From positions 11,894 through 75,893 of the forward strand of contig CAYWGP010000199.1 of NCBI GenBank assembly GCA_964458155.1: DNA of 64,000 bases, written 5' to 3'. Numbering within the stretch: position 1 is the stretch's first letter; every line of letters begins with the position of its first letter. This DNA comes from an uncultured Bacteroides sp. GTDB lineage: Bacteria; Bacteroidota; Bacteroidia; Bacteroidales; GCA-2748055. The position numbers and the translations under genes are program-made. The notes under the pieces were generated by a model. It had not been told where the DNA came from and did no database searches. It saw only the letters and a list, made by a program, of their open reading frames with translations. Below, one piece after another: positions 47,362 to 56,668 of this stretch.

Positions 47362-49515
47362 TTATTGCTTATCAATAATAAATTCATTCACTTCTTCAGA
47401 ATCTGTCCTGATCCAAATGACCAGGTCAGTGCTTTCAAGGCCGGAACGAAATCCGTACCTGAAGTCTTTTCCCCTTTTCATTCTCTTTCCGTTGACCGTC
47501 AGAGTGATATCGGACACTCCCCAATTGTTGATCACAAAAGCAGGATTATGAAGGGGAGCATCCTGGGAGGCCTCAAGCTCAAATTGCAGTTTTCCCGATT
47601 TTGCCAGATCGATGATATAGGATTTTTCACTCTGATCATAGACTGCAGCTTTAATTAGCGGACTATCATGTGAAATAGCCGGAGGACTGATCCAGTTCCT
47701 TGCCAGTGTAACAAGATCGGCCTTGTCACGGTCTGTTAGTCCCACGAGCATAATTTTTGTGACCGAGTTATCTGTCATTTCCATGGCTTCCCAGTGCCAG
47801 TGACTGAGTGATGAATGTGCGGGGCGATCTGCAAACATGGCAGATCTTCCATCCGTGGGCTTAACAGATACCGGCCAATGGTTCCACCAGGGGAAAACGG
47901 AAACATTCCTTCGAATTTCACCTGCATAGATGTCTGAATAGGGATTATCCATGGGTCTTACTATGGAAAATGGATAGTACCTCGATTTGGTATTTATGAC
48001 TTTAATATTGTGACCTTCCGGCTCCTGGGGAAGAAAGGGAGGGATGTCATGTTCCCATGAATAGGTATGCCCATCGCCTTTCATATTCATAAGTGTCAGT
48101 GCACCATATTCCAGAATATCTTCTGGGGTTTGTCCCGGGCTCAGGACCATGATACTCTCCTGCCACTCGTGTGCTGCCCTTGGTGCATTGGAATACAATA
48201 CATCCTTTCTGATCCCTGTCATGTCCGGATACATGTAATAGGTCTCTTCAACCCAATCGCCCCAGCCTGTAAGTGGATCTGTAAAAGCAAAATTATTCCA
48301 GTTGTCTACCAGGCCATAACGCCAGAGAACAACCACCCTGGCATCATTGCTTTCAATGATTTTTACATAAGAGTAGGTGTTTCGCTTATCTGACATTGGC
48401 TCGCAGCTTCCATGTTCATTCCATCCTTCATCAAAAGCATTATTGAACCATATCCCATTCTCTGTCACAAAATTCGGGATGTAGTTGGTCCCTCTCCAGA
48501 AAACGAATTTGCAGGGCGATTCATCGAATTGAACTACAACGTCTGCATTGTCACCTACATGCCAGGGGGCATCCCAGGCGGGGTAATAGTCGAGGGTAGT
48601 ATTGACCGCACCAAACCTGCCTGGTCCATCCGGACCGCTGGGCAATGTGCGGTCTGGTAATTGCGGAGCAAGATCTGCAATATTCCCGCTGACAATAGAG
48701 GAAAAGTACTTTGAAGATAAAGAAGTATCGTAAATTTTCACTTCATCTATTATTCCATCAAAGAAGGAGTGGTGATCCTGTGTCCCATAGGGCCGCAGGG
48801 TACCGAAAGGCTTAGCTTTTTCCCTGCTTCTGCCAATCAGCACCGACAGATTCGATACAGATTCATCAATATCGATCCCAAGGGCAGGAACAAATTTTCC
48901 CTGAATCTCTTTTGTTCCGACTAACTTGCCATCCAGGTATATGAGCATCCCTTCTTTTTCAGAATAAACGGCAGCCACATGGGTCCATTTATTTAGAGGC
49001 AAAGTTTGAGGGACAACAAGTTCTTCCGTTTGTCCCCTTGTTGCCAACCTGAAGTTCAGCTGTCCAAGCGCATCAATATTAAAGGAGTATCCATTGTGGT
49101 AGCCGATATCAATATCGTGTTTGTTGTCAATTATCGGGCACAAATGAGTTGGATAGGCTCCCAGGGCGATCCAGGCTTCAAGACTAAAATCATTTAATAC
49201 ATGCGGTGCTTTTTCACCATCTATTTCTATAAAGGATGTGTATCCGTCCAATAGAACAGCATTATTGGAAACACCTGCTACACTTTCATAGTATTTACCC
49301 AGTATCTCACTCTTCAATCCATTTACTTCATCAGTAACATAGGCCATCTTTTCTTTGGGAAGGAATGTTTCCCCCCGCTCCATTTTTACCTCATTCCTCT
49401 TGATCTCTATGTCATCAAAACTTATCCATAGAAGAGGTTTCTCATCTACTTGTCCATTCGCGGATTGAAGAAAACAAATAGCAATTCCCAGCACTAAAAT
49501 TATTTGATGTCTCAT
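47362..49515 (-). CDS. Exported LamG-containing protein of unassigned family, paralog P4 (717 aa)
   Basis: It has an SPI-type signal (LQSANGQ), LEAWIALGAYP, VVVQFDESPCKFVFWRG, SCEPMSDKR, YYMYPD, WQES, and WNHWPVSVKPTDGRSAMFADRPAHSSL. It lies immediately downstream of susD. Confidence 0.85.
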   Translation of the reverse strand: MRHQIILVLGIAICFLQSANGQVDEKPLLWISFDDIEIKRNEVKMERGETFLPKEKMAYVTDEVNGLKSEILGKYYESVAGVSNNAVLLDGYTSFIEIDGEKAPHVLNDFSLEAWIALGAYPTHLCPIIDNKHDIDIGYHNGYSFNIDALGQLNFRLATRGQTEELVVPQTLPLNKWTHVAAVYSEKEGMLIYLDGKLVGTKEIQGKFVPALGIDIDESVSNLSVLIGRSREKAKPFGTLRPYGTQDHHSFFDGIIDEVKIYDTSLSSKYFSSIVSGNIADLAPQLPDRTLPSGPDGPGRFGAVNTTLDYYPAWDAPWHVGDNADVVVQFDESPCKFVFWRGTNYIPNFVTENGIWFNNAFDEGWNEHGSCEPMSDKRNTYSYVKIIESNDARVVVLWRYGLVDNWNNFAFTDPLTGWGDWVEETYYMYPDMTGIRKDVLYSNAPRAAHEWQESIMVLSPGQTPEDILEYGALTLMNMKGDGHTYSWEHDIPPFLPQEPEGHNIKVINTKSRYYPFSIVRPMDNPYSDIYAGEIRRNVSVFPWWNHWPVSVKPTDGRSAMFADRPAHSSLSHWHWEAMEMTDNSVTKIMLVGLTDRDKADLVTLARNWISPPAISHDSPLIKAAVYDQSEKSYIIDLAKSGKLQFELEASQDAPLHNPAFVINNWGVSDITLTVNGKRMKRGKDFRYGFRSGLESTDLVIWIRTDSEEVNEFIIDKQ

Positions 49516-49544
49516 CTTGTTCTTATTTAAATATACCTGATCCT

Positions 49545-51050
49545 TTAATATCCGGGATTTTGTATCAGATTGTCGTTCAAATCAAGTTCTGCCTGCGGAA
49601 TGGGCTGGAATTCGCTCCTTCCATTTTTAAATGTGGCGAAGTTCTGATCGCGGATTGAGTCACTGGCCTGGTAGAGGCCCCAGCGTTTCTGGTCAAAAAA
49701 TCTGACTACTTCCCCGGACAATTCCATTATTCGTTCATGCATAATTTGCTCGCGGAAGGCATCCTTATCCAGGCCTGGCTGTGTAACTGAGAGTTTCTCC
49801 ATATTCGATCTTTCCCTCACCATATCCACATACTGATATGCCTCTGAAGTCTTTCCGTTCTCATTTAAAGTCTCCGCATAGGACAATAATACATCCGCAT
49901 AGCGGATGATAATGAAATCTGTTCCTCCGTCAAATTCATCTGTTTCGCCATTCTCAATAACATTCTGTTCTGTGTATTTATAGAACGATGTATTGATTTC
50001 AGGATTTACGAACTCGTTTTCCCACCATGAATAGGGTTGCCCTACAAAGAGTTTTGGTGAGTTTGGATGAAATATGGTCTCATCCAATCTTGGATCAGGT
50101 AATCCGTCTTTGTCATTTTCAATCAAGAACCTTTCATATATGTAAGGTGTTGACTGAACATCACCAAAGGTTCCCAGCTCGCCATCGGGACTGAACGCCA
50201 AATGCATGAAATTTCTGTTTGTTTCACTTGCGGGACCATCGTGCAGAAAGTTTGCCGCGAACAGAGCTTCCGGATTCACTACATTTCGGTCATAAAAATT
50301 ATCGGCGAAATTAGCTTGCAATGAATACTCATTACTGGTATAAACATCTTCAAAATAAGGTTCTGCATCCAAAAATTTATGCTGCTGCATGCATACTTTA
50401 CCCAGAAGTGCCTGGGCCGTTCCTTTTGTTACCCTGCCATAATCAGCTACAGTATATTCACTGGCCAGTGGAAGACTAGGAATTGCTTCCATTAATAATT
50501 CTTCGATCAACCCATAAATCTCTCCACTCTCAGCCCTAGCAGGACGATCATCCGGTTGTTGGATCCTGTCCACATAGGCAATGTTCTCTCCAAAAATATG
50601 TACCAGGTAATAATAAGCGAGAGCAACAAGGTATTGAGCCTCCCCTTGAATGGCTGCCACATTGGGCCCATCCACATCCGGTGCTCTGTCGATCACCTGG
50701 TACGCCCTGCTTATCATTGCATAAAAATGATCCCACAGGACCTTGTTCATATATAAATTTGAATCAATTACTTTAAAACGAGACGGAGAATAATATTCAT
50801 TGGTTCCCTCGCCTGTCCCTTCATCAGATAAACCGGTTAAAACAACCTGAACATTCCCGGCAAACAGGCCATCCAGTTGCATGGCATCATAGGCAGCTAT
50901 TACACCCTGGAACAGATCCGTTTCTGTTTTCCAGAATGATTCCTCACTCATAGCATTTGGATTTTCCAGGTCCAGTTCTGTGCATGCTGCGGCAAAAAGT
51001 AAAAGCAGGATGCTGAAAAATGTGATAGTGTATGTTTTCATGATCTTCAT
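49545..51050 (-). CDS. SusD/RagB family nutrient-binding outer-membrane lipoprotein
   Basis: It has a lipobox (LLFAAAC) and TPR-like helical SusD features (…YYLVHIFG…, C-terminal NPGY). It sits 21 nt downstream of the SusC-like gene. The start could be 51050 or 51041. Confidence 0.9.
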   Translation of the reverse strand: MKIMKTYTITFFSILLLLFAAACTELDLENPNAMSEESFWKTETDLFQGVIAAYDAMQLDGLFAGNVQVVLTGLSDEGTGEGTNEYYSPSRFKVIDSNLYMNKVLWDHFYAMISRAYQVIDRAPDVDGPNVAAIQGEAQYLVALAYYYLVHIFGENIAYVDRIQQPDDRPARAESGEIYGLIEELLMEAIPSLPLASEYTVADYGRVTKGTAQALLGKVCMQQHKFLDAEPYFEDVYTSNEYSLQANFADNFYDRNVVNPEALFAANFLHDGPASETNRNFMHLAFSPDGELGTFGDVQSTPYIYERFLIENDKDGLPDPRLDETIFHPNSPKLFVGQPYSWWENEFVNPEINTSFYKYTEQNVIENGETDEFDGGTDFIIIRYADVLLSYAETLNENGKTSEAYQYVDMVRERSNMEKLSVTQPGLDKDAFREQIMHERIMELSGEVVRFFDQKRWGLYQASDSIRDQNFATFKNGRSEFQPIPQAELDLNDNLIQNPGY

Positions 51051-51071
51051 TTTTTAATTTAGTTGCCGGGG

Positions 51072-54000
51072 CTAAAAGGTCAGATTTATACCAAAATTTA
51101 ATGTTCGCACAGCAGGGTAGCCTCTTGGATCAATTCCCGGAGTAAAAACATCCGTCCCGGTAAATTCAGGATCAAGTCCCTTGTATTTGGTGAGCGTAAG
51201 AAGATTATGACCGCTCAGGTATAATCTGAAGTTGCCAACACGATTCTCAGGCAAGGTTATGCCGAGTTGAACATTTCTCAGGCGCACATATGCACCGTTA
51301 TCCAGGAATCGTGTGCTTGGAAGATTATTTCCATGTCCATTATCCCAAATGGGCCTGGGATCAGAACCGGCTCCGTCAATATACGGATCAAAATAGGCAG
51401 GATAATTGGAGAAGTGTCCCCACTCACCGCTGGTCATCTCAGCATAATAGGTGTTATATACATCCCTCCCGGAAACTCCCTGGATAAAAACTGTCAGGTC
51501 AAAGATTTTATAAGCCAGATATATGTTCAAGCTATACTCCAGCATAGGTATAGGGTTCCCTGTAATGATGCGGTCATCATCCAGGCTGATCTTCCCATCT
51601 GGTTCCCCTGTAAGATTTCCTTCTGCATCGCGGCCGTTAGTGTCCCTGTATTTTGCGTCACCAACTTCTGGAGGATCACCTGCAACTTCAAAATCCGGTG
51701 GAAGCGCATCTATTTCTTCCTGTGTATAAATACCCAGGTATTCCAATAAATAGAATTTTCCTAATTGATTTCCAATTCTTGCGATAGTTCTTCCGTCTGT
51801 AGATATATCCGTTAATCCAAAGCCCAAATCCGTAATTTCATTGCCGGTATGCGAGAGGTTCGCAGTGATGGAGTAGCGGAAATCTCCACTTAATTTGCGA
51901 TAAGACACTGCTGCTTCCCAACCCTGTCTTGTCATCGAGACTGCATTAATTGTAGCAAATGCCGGCCATCTTGTGCCAATGGTACTGGGTATCGGCATTT
52001 CTGCCAGCAAATCATTCATGGTACCAAAATAATAATCACCATTAAAGGCAAGCTTCCCGTTAAGGGCCTCAATATCAAGCCCTATATTCGTTTCCGTCAA
52101 TTCTTCCCATGAAATATTCCTACTGTTTATCTGTTCTGACCTGGTTGCTCCGATCACACTTTCACTGGTTGGCCCCAGGTTATAATTAACACCTGCATCC
52201 CAATAATCCGAGCCAGTGGCCCTCCTGTCCATGATCGTCGAGTATTGATAATCACCAATGCTGGCATTTCCAACTTCTCCATAACCAAGTCTTAATTTGA
52301 GTTGTCTTATAAAACCTAAATCAAAGAAATTTTCTTTTGAAATATCCCATCCACCCGAAACAGAGGGGAAGGTACCCCAGCGATTTTCCGAGGAGAATTT
52401 TGAAGAACCGTCGCTGCGTACGATCGCTGTTAAAAAGTATTTATTATCATAGTTGTATGTCATCCTTCCCAAAATGGAGATTATGGCCGACTCGTACTCT
52501 GTCCCACCAACTGAAACTTTTCCAGTGCTGTTGCTGAGCTGCCAGAAATTCACTTCATCATCATATCCTCCCACGCTTACAGCTGCAATATTATCACCCC
52601 GGTCAGATTGTGAAGTATAGGTCGCCATCAGTGAGAAAGAGTGTTTTCCAATGGTTTTGGAATAGCTCAGCCTGTTTTCAAGGAACAATCCGTATTCCTT
52701 TGCTTCCTGCTGGGCCAATCCTGAAAAATGATCTGTGGACATTCTGAGTCTCCCCGCCTCATTGTATCTTTTAAAATTATTAAAAGAGGCTCCCAAGCCA
52801 ACACTAAGCCTGTAATCAAACCCTTCCAGGATTTCAAAATTAAGGTAGATGTCTCCAAGAATATTCACGATTTCCGTAAAATTGGTGTATAGATTCATGA
52901 CCCCAATTGGATTCTCACTCCAGGTCTGTGCTTTATTGAATTCCCCGATTCCATAACCGCTGGGCTGTGATGAATCATAAACAGGAATAACAGGCAGCAT
53001 TTCATAGGCCGCCGAAAAAGGGCCAATGATATCTCCGGAATATTCCTCAACACTTTCGCTTCCGGCCAGGCCCTTTGTTTTTGCGTACCCAAGGGTAAGG
53101 TGCTGACCGACAGTAAATTTTTTTCCAATGGCAAACTCCGAATTCACACGGGTAGAAATCCTGTTGAAATCCGGACCTTCGATGGTTCCGTCCTGGTATA
53201 AATAATTAAGGGAGAAGAATACATTGTGTGAATCTCCCCCACCTGATATGCTCAGGTTCACATCACTCATGAAGGCATTTTCGCTGTAGACTTCTTCCTG
53301 CCAGTCGGTATTCAAATCCGGATTAAAATCCACATCGGCCAATGATTGCCGTGGCGCTCCAATAGCATCATGTGCAGCATTAATAATCCTGGCCCAACCA
53401 TAATTGTCTGTAAGAGGGATCCGAGCAGTGATCTCCTGCAGAGCTGTTTTTACAGCAAGATTTATTTTGGGTTTCCCATTAACCCCTTTTTTTGTAGTAA
53501 TGATGATTACTCCATTTGCAGCCCGGTTTCCATAGATGGCCGAAGCTGAAGCATCCTTCAGAATCTGTACAGATTCAATATCATTGGAATTTAGAACGGG
53601 GCTGTCACCCGCTAAAATGCCATCTATTACATATAAAGGATTATTGCCGCCGAAGAACGAGGTACCCCTGATTTTAATATCCCCTATACTACCAGGTTGT
53701 CCCGTCGTATTCACACTTACCCCTGCAACAAGACCCTGAAGTTTACCCGTTAGTGTTATAGCACTACTATTATTAAGTTGTTCCACATCTACTGTAGCTA
53801 CTGCACCTGTAATTTCCCCCTTTTTCTGGGTCCCATAGCCAACAACAACAAGTTGATCAATTTGGACCAGATCCCGTTTAAGAGATATATTTATAAGCGT
53901 GCGATCCTGTATTTCCAATTCATTTGTCTGATATCCGACATAGCGGAATACCAAAATGTCATTTTCCGGACTGGAAGGTGTGATTGTATAGGATCCCTCA

Positions 54001-54158
54001 CTATCTGTTATAGTTCCATTCGTTGTACCCTTGACTATTACACTCACACCGGTAAGAGGCAGATTATTCTCATCAAGAACTGTCCCACTAACTGTTCTCT
54101 GGGCATAGGACCCCAGGAAGATACTAATGCCCAGTATCGACAGGAAAAGCTTTTTCAT
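51072..54158 (-). CDS. SusC/RagA family TonB-dependent outer-membrane transporter
   Basis: 1028 aa. It has an N-terminal carboxypeptidase-regulatory-like domain (VSGTVLDENNLPLTGVSVIVKGT), the TonB-box region DQLVVVGYGTQKK, and a terminal aromatic residue (GINLTF). Confidence 0.95.
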   Translation of the reverse strand: MKKLFLSILGISIFLGSYAQRTVSGTVLDENNLPLTGVSVIVKGTTNGTITDSEGSYTITPSSPENDILVFRYVGYQTNELEIQDRTLINISLKRDLVQIDQLVVVGYGTQKKGEITGAVATVDVEQLNNSSAITLTGKLQGLVAGVSVNTTGQPGSIGDIKIRGTSFFGGNNPLYVIDGILAGDSPVLNSNDIESVQILKDASASAIYGNRAANGVIIITTKKGVNGKPKINLAVKTALQEITARIPLTDNYGWARIINAAHDAIGAPRQSLADVDFNPDLNTDWQEEVYSENAFMSDVNLSISGGGDSHNVFFSLNYLYQDGTIEGPDFNRISTRVNSEFAIGKKFTVGQHLTLGYAKTKGLAGSESVEEYSGDIIGPFSAAYEMLPVIPVYDSSQPSGYGIGEFNKAQTWSENPIGVMNLYTNFTEIVNILGDIYLNFEILEGFDYRLSVGLGASFNNFKRYNEAGRLRMSTDHFSGLAQQEAKEYGLFLENRLSYSKTIGKHSFSLMATYTSQSDRGDNIAAVSVGGYDDEVNFWQLSNSTGKVSVGGTEYESAIISILGRMTYNYDNKYFLTAIVRSDGSSKFSSENRWGTFPSVSGGWDISKENFFDLGFIRQLKLRLGYGEVGNASIGDYQYSTIMDRRATGSDYWDAGVNYNLGPTSESVIGATRSEQINSRNISWEELTETNIGLDIEALNGKLAFNGDYYFGTMNDLLAEMPIPSTIGTRWPAFATINAVSMTRQGWEAAVSYRKLSGDFRYSITANLSHTGNEITDLGFGLTDISTDGRTIARIGNQLGKFYLLEYLGIYTQEEIDALPPDFEVAGDPPEVGDAKYRDTNGRDAEGNLTGEPDGKISLDDDRIITGNPIPMLEYSLNIYLAYKIFDLTVFIQGVSGRDVYNTYYAEMTSGEWGHFSNYPAYFDPYIDGAGSDPRPIWDNGHGNNLPSTRFLDNGAYVRLRNVQLGITLPENRVGNFRLYLSGHNLLTLTKYKGLDPEFTGTDVFTPGIDPRGYPAVRTLNFGINLTF

Positions 54159-54366
54159 AGCTATGAACTATTTAGTTAAAGGAATATGTATAACAATATT
54201 AAGCCAAATTACATTAAGGGAAGTCTTAATATACTCCAAAATAGTTAGGATATGAGTCAGTGGTTTTGGGCGAAGCCTACGGTTTGGTGTACTGGAACTT
54301 CACCAGCTTGCATTATTAAAGAACCATTATGATTTGTATTCTAACCTTTTGTATACCTATATTTCA

Positions 54367-54374
54367 TATATTTG
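54367..54374 (+). promoter_or_regulatory. Candidate Bacteroidota -7 promoter element TATATTTG (consensus TAnnTTTG)
   Basis: This is an exact match to TAnnTTTG, 44 nt upstream of the ATG at 54418, in the 259-nt divergent intergenic region. It rests on motif and position only. Confidence 0.25.
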
Positions 54375-54417
54375 GTTAGATGCTATAGAATTAGAGTACT
54401 AACCAAAACAATATGAT

Positions 54418-55209
54418 ATGAAGAAACTTTTTACGCTAAGTATTGCAATTTTTTGTGTTGTTGCCATAAATGCACAAATGACCGAATCCGGAAATGGATT
54501 TTCGGAAGATTTCAATTATGCTGATGGTACCGTTTACGACGATGTAGCCTATGATAGCATTGGAGCTGAATGGGGTGAATGGGCCTTTGGGGAAGATTCA
54601 ATAGTTCTAGCCTACACTGAAGATGGGAAGCTAAAATGGGATCTGGATACTTCAGGGGAAACTGCTATAGGTTTATGGGAACTTGAAATGGATCTTACGG
54701 GGTATACAGATATTACATTTAAGTACCAGTTCCCTGCAGATGCTGAATTTGGGATTTGGGTTGAAGACGGTACTACAGGCGCTGGAGGAGAGCTATTCCC
54801 AGAAGATTTTATTTTGGGATTAGATCAATTAATGGAATATACCCTCGATTTGACTGCTGCAGAATTTGCAGAAGTAGATTTGTCAAATGTTGCAGAGATC
54901 TGGATAATGGGTTTTACTGCAGCCGGTGGTACATTCTACCTTGATGATATCGTAATTGGAGCTGTAGGTGTTTCAGGTATAGAAATGAAGGAAATCAAAA
55001 ACAATTTAAGTATTTACCCCAATCCGGCTTCTTCAGAATTTTCGATTGGTGTTGATGCTGAATCTGTATCGATTTTAAATATTTCCGGACAGGAGGTATT
55101 TTCTATGCAGGATTATCAGAAGGGATCATCCATTGATATCAGCGAACTTGCGAAAGGATATTACATTGTCAATGCTGATGGCAGAGCTCAAAAATTGGTG
55201 GTGAAATAG
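54418..55209 (+). CDS. T9SS-secreted small protein with acidic CBM-like beta-sandwich
   Basis: It has a signal peptide (VVAINAQ) and an acidic, aromatic-rich roughly 170-aa domain. The C-terminal sorting domain is LSIYPNPASSEFSIGV...GYYIVNA. It is divergent from susC. Confidence 0.7.
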   Translation: MKKLFTLSIAIFCVVAINAQMTESGNGFSEDFNYADGTVYDDVAYDSIGAEWGEWAFGEDSIVLAYTEDGKLKWDLDTSGETAIGLWELEMDLTGYTDITFKYQFPADAEFGIWVEDGTTGAGGELFPEDFILGLDQLMEYTLDLTAAEFAEVDLSNVAEIWIMGFTAAGGTFYLDDIVIGAVGVSGIEMKEIKNNLSIYPNPASSEFSIGVDAESVSILNISGQEVFSMQDYQKGSSIDISELAKGYYIVNADGRAQKLVVK

Positions 55210-55241
55210 ACAAGATCAGTTCTGAAACACATTAAAATTTG

Positions 55242-55281
55242 AAACCCAGATTGCATTTGAAAATGCAATCTGGGTTTTTTG
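55242..55281 (+). terminator. Rho-independent terminator
   Basis: aaacccagattgcattt-ga-aaatgcaatctgggttt forms a near-perfect hairpin followed by a T-run (tttttt g ttt). It begins 33 nt after the stop at 55209. Confidence 0.8.
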
Positions 55282-55321
55282 TTTCGATATTCCACAGGAA
55301 GCCCTTAAGGTCAATTCAGGT

Positions 55322-56668
55322 ATGAAAAAAGAAACTCGGGTTTTGGGATGGTCCTTAATAGTAGCATTGGGAGGTTTCCTTTTTGGTTTCGACACTGCTG
55401 TTATTTCCGGCGTTGAAAAATCTATACAGCAATTGTTTCAGTTAAACTCCTTCTGGCAGGGAATTACAATTTCCTCGGCATTGATAGGCACAGTATTAGG
55501 TGCCCTGACAGCCGGAAAACCTGCTGATAGGTATGGAAGAAGGTTAGTGCTATTCGTTGTTGCAATTCTGTATGCTGTTTCAGCGTTTGGAAGTGCCACA
55601 ACATCAAGCCATTCCTTATTTATCATATTTCGTTTACTGGGAGGACTGGCTGTAGGGGCTTCCTCAGTTGCCGGACCCATGTATATTTCGGAGATCTCCC
55701 CGGCCAGGGTGAGAGGCCGTATGACCGGCCTGTTTCAATTCAATGTAATCTTTGGAATTTTAATGGCCTATATCTCAAACTATTTATTGAGGGAAACAGG
55801 AACTGAACCCTGGCGTATTATGCTTGGTGTGGAAGGATTGCCAGCGCTCTTGTTTTTCTTTTTGCTTTTTTTGGTTCCCCGGAGTCCCCGCTATCTGGTT
55901 AAGATCAACCAGATTGAGGAGGCAAGAAGTGTATTATCTTTAATCGAAGAAAATGATATTGAAGCGGAGATAGAAGAGATAAAAGATGGATTGATCATTG
56001 GAAAAACCAGTAGTCAGAATTTACTTTCCCGGAATTATATGAAGCCAATTTCAATTGCATTTCTGGTTGCCATGTTTAACCAGTTTTCCGGAATCAACGC
56101 AATACTTTACTATGCCCCGAGGATTTTCGAATTAACTGGACTTTCTTTTGCCGATTCGATGTTTCAGCCCGTATTGATTGGTATTACTAATGGAATTTTC
56201 ACTATGCTTGGCCTGCTAATCATTGATAAGGTGGGCCGAAAAAAGCTCTTGATTGTCGGTTCAGTCGGAATGTCCGTATGTTTAGGATTTATATCCAGGT
56301 TATTTTACTTACAGGATTTCTCGGGATATGGAGTTTTAGTTTTTCTCTTGATCTATATCATGTTCTTTGCCTTTTCAACAGGAGCGGTTATCTGGGTATT
56401 AATTGCTGAGGTCTTCCCCACCACTGTTCGTGGAAAAGGGCAGGGACTGGGCAGTTTTACACACTGGTTTTTCGCGGCAGTAATTACCTTTTTATTTCCA
56501 ATAATTGTAGAAAGCGGAAGTTCAGGAAGTGGTCATTCTTTTGCCTTCTTTTCGGTCATGATGATCGTACAGGCTTTGGTGGTCTGGAAATATTTCCCCG
56601 AAACAAAAGGAAAATCACTGGAACAGCTGCAAAAGGATATTTCAAGCAAAAAAGATGCTTCAGTTTAA
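55322..56668 (+). CDS. MFS sugar porter family transporter
   Basis: It has 12 TM segments and the sugar-porter motifs GRRLVL, VPRSPRYL and FPETKGKSLEQL. Confidence 0.9.
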   Translation: MKKETRVLGWSLIVALGGFLFGFDTAVISGVEKSIQQLFQLNSFWQGITISSALIGTVLGALTAGKPADRYGRRLVLFVVAILYAVSAFGSATTSSHSLFIIFRLLGGLAVGASSVAGPMYISEISPARVRGRMTGLFQFNVIFGILMAYISNYLLRETGTEPWRIMLGVEGLPALLFFFLLFLVPRSPRYLVKINQIEEARSVLSLIEENDIEAEIEEIKDGLIIGKTSSQNLLSRNYMKPISIAFLVAMFNQFSGINAILYYAPRIFELTGLSFADSMFQPVLIGITNGIFTMLGLLIIDKVGRKKLLIVGSVGMSVCLGFISRLFYLQDFSGYGVLVFLLIYIMFFAFSTGAVIWVLIAEVFPTTVRGKGQGLGSFTHWFFAAVITFLFPIIVESGSSGSGHSFAFFSVMMIVQALVVWKYFPETKGKSLEQLQKDISSKKDASV

